A stretch of DNA of 64,000 nucleotides from Spirochaetia bacterium. Lineage in GTDB: Bacteria; Spirochaetota; Spirochaetia; DSM-27196; Salinispiraceae. This document shows, one piece after another, positions 62,009 through 64,000 of the stretch. Location: NCBI GenBank assembly GCA_038204425.1, contig JBBRCZ010000010.1, forward strand, positions 1 through 64,000, in the 5' to 3' direction. The notes beneath the pieces are model-generated. The model did no database searches, was not told where the DNA came from, and saw only the letters and a list, made by a program, of their open reading frames with translations. The translations under genes and the position numbers were made by a program. Position 1 is the stretch's first letter. Every line of letters starts with the position of its first letter.

Positions 62009-63270
62009 AGGTTCTGATAGTTGGAAATGGCGGCAGAGAACATGCGTTGGCATGGAAGTTTTCACAAAGCAAGAGGATTACTGGCCTGTATTGCGTGCCA
62101 GGAAATGCCGGCACAGCTGACCTTGGTCAAAATATGGATCATCTATCGTTAAACGATATCGATGGCATCGTAAATGCTGCCAAGGTGCTCGAAATAGATT
62201 TGGTCTTTGTCGGTCCTGAGGCAGCACTTGCTGATGGACTATGCGACAAGCTGAGCAAGGTGGGCATAAGAGCCGTAGGTCCAGACGCCAGATGTGCCCA
62301 ACTGGAGTCATCTAAAACTTTTAGCAAAGATTTTTTAAATCGAAACAGAATTCCCACTGCGATCGCCAAAACCTTTAAGCCGGGCCAATTAGCGCAGCTG
62401 CAAGACTTTTTGAACCAGAACCCCAACAAACCCTGGGTTGTCAAAAAAAGCGGCCTCGCAGCCGGTAAAGGCGTTTTGGAATCTGACAATACAGAAGAGT
62501 TACTTAGCTTTGCCAAAGAACATATGGCCGATGACGAGGTTCTTATTGAAGAATATCTGCGCGGATATGAAGTTAGCATTTTTACTATTAGTGACGGAAT
62601 TTCCTATAAAGTTTTGCCAGCTGCGGCTGACTACAAGAAGGCCGGAGAAGGGAACACCGGACCCAATACCGGTGGTATGGGAGCTATCTGCCCTGTACCT
62701 TGGTTGACCAAAGCCAGTCTCGACTTAATAAGTAAGGAAGTGATAGCGCCTACTTTTGATGCCTTAACTAAAGACAATCTGATGTATAAGGGTATTCTCT
62801 ACTTTGGTATTATGGTCTGCGCTGACGGACCAAAGGTGCTGGAATTTAACGTACGCTTTGGCGACCCAGAGGCCCAAGTGCTCATTCCGCTGATTGAAAC
62901 CGACTTTTGTGACCTATTTGGCGCGGTTGCCGACGGTCAACTTGATAAACTATCACTCAAAATATCGCAAAAGTCGGCCTTGGCCGTAGTAGTGGCTGCG
63001 CCAGGTTACCCCGGTGACTACCCTAAGCATTTGCCTGTAAAGCTCGACTTTATAAACCATGAAACTGACCGCTTTGTATTTCATGCTTCTACATTAAACG
63101 AGGGCAAGAATCTGCTCACCAATGGCGGGCGCTGCTTTACTTTGGTTGGATTAGGGACTGACCACCTGCGCGCCGCTGAGTCTGCCTACAGTTTAGAGAA
63201 TAAGCTAGAATTTGAAGGTGCTTGGACGAGACCAGATATTGGTTCAAACGTCTATTCACAAAAGTTTTAG
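62005..63270 (+). CDS. purD: Phosphoribosylamine--glycine ligase
   Basis: GNGGREHAL, GLAAGKGV, GPNTGGMGA, EFNVRFGDPE. Confidence 0.97.
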   Translation: MKVLIVGNGGREHALAWKFSQSKRITGLYCVPGNAGTADLGQNMDHLSLNDIDGIVNAAKVLEIDLVFVGPEAALADGLCDKLSKVGIRAVGPDARCAQLESSKTFSKDFLNRNRIPTAIAKTFKPGQLAQLQDFLNQNPNKPWVVKKSGLAAGKGVLESDNTEELLSFAKEHMADDEVLIEEYLRGYEVSIFTISDGISYKVLPAAADYKKAGEGNTGPNTGGMGAICPVPWLTKASLDLISKEVIAPTFDALTKDNLMYKGILYFGIMVCADGPKVLEFNVRFGDPEAQVLIPLIETDFCDLFGAVADGQLDKLSLKISQKSALAVVVAAPGYPGDYPKHLPVKLDFINHETDRFVFHASTLNEGKNLLTNGGRCFTLVGLGTDHLRAAESAYSLENKLEFEGAWTRPDIGSNVYSQKF

Positions 63271-63287
63271 TCTAAACTATCAAATCA

Positions 63288-63309
63288 AGCGGGCCCTTTA
63301 CGGCCCGCT
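63288..63309. terminator. GC-rich hairpin between convergent genes
   Basis: AGCGGGCC...GGCCCGCT. Confidence 0.6.
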
Positions 63310-63315
63310 GCTAAC

Positions 63316-64000
63316 TCAATCACTTATTTCAGGCGCAACCCAAGGCACTATCGTTATGCTCGCACCGTCAATAAGCACTGGGGTAAGTTGGTTTCCAGAG
63401 CTTTCACCAATACCTAAGAGCAACTTGTAACCCCAACCATATATCTGACCATTTCGCTTCATAGCCAAGGCACTTGAGTCCCCAGCACTTATCGCGACCC
63501 AATCTGTGTCAGTGCCAATTCTGGTTGGGACGTTACGAAGAGTTGTATCGCCAAGGCCTAGTTGTCCAGAAGAATTATCACCCCAAGCCCAGAGGCTGCC
63601 ATCTGCTTGGATACCCACATTTGAAGTATTGCTGACACTTATAACTAGCCAGCGAGCCGAACCTAATTTTTGAGGTGTATCAACAAGAGGGACGTTATCA
63701 GTGTAGCCAAGTCCAAGTAAACCACTCCAATTGTTACCCCAGACCCAAAGACTGCCATCATTTTGAAGGGCAACTGAGTGTGTATCGGCATCAATATCTA
63801 CCCAAGTAGTTGCAGAGCCCACTTGACTTGGGGTCAAGGACACCGTAGTTGCGCCGATTCCTAGGCTTCCAACGGTATTTGTTCCCCATGCCCAGATAGT
63901 GCCATTGTTTTTGAGACCAAGGCTGTGCTCGAAACCAGCGCGAGCATTGCTCCAGTTGGTATCGGTCCCAACTTGGACAGGACTACTTTGAGGAGCTGTA
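63316..64000 (-). CDS. RCC1/BLIP-II-like repeat protein (3' part; begins beyond window)
   Basis: Frame open to the window edge; repeats of HS..L..DG.LW.WG.N..GQLG.G.....P..IG.DT.W. Confidence 0.9.
   Translation of the reverse strand, partial: TAPQSSPVQVGTDTNWSNARAGFEHSLGLKNNGTIWAWGTNTVGSLGIGATTVSLTPSQVGSATTWVDIDADTHSVALQNDGSLWVWGNNWSGLLGLGYTDNVPLVDTPQKLGSARWLVISVSNTSNVGIQADGSLWAWGDNSSGQLGLGDTTLRNVPTRIGTDTDWVAISAGDSSALAMKRNGQIYGWGYKLLLGIGESSGNQLTPVLIDGASITIVPWVAPEISD

Overview
Gene-dense bacterial chromosomal window, most consistent with a spirochaete. Evidence for that: lipobox-type signal peptides, long PPi-dependent PFK, class II FbaA, and the surE-galK-like-rpmE-rho-bactofilin-lnt-HU-rpsT and ricT-yaaR-bactofilin-M23-tatD gene orders. 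This is an inference, not a database result. About 55 CDS; no rRNA, tRNA, CRISPR array or transposase was recognised. The left third is accessory. It holds a multimodular carbohydrate-active lipoprotein missing from the ORF track, a sucrose-phosphate synthase gene with an eroded glycosyltransferase half and an intact HAD phosphatase half, and a lone carotenoid desaturase coupled to a TonB uptake operon. It also holds a phosphate locus, a SelO + HD-hydrolase pair and a beta-carbonic anhydrase pseudogene. The right two thirds are mostly housekeeping (asnS, pfp, aat-clpA-clpS, rho, lnt, purFND). The two best candidates for undescribed systems are: (1) a non-canonical Fic-fold protein coupled to a Na/Pi cotransporter homolog lacking its QSSS motifs, directly upstream of pstS/pstCAB, each preceded by 11-bp-periodic PHO-box-like repeats; (2) the SelO AMPylase-HD hydrolase pair. 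All product calls come from motif recognition by eye.
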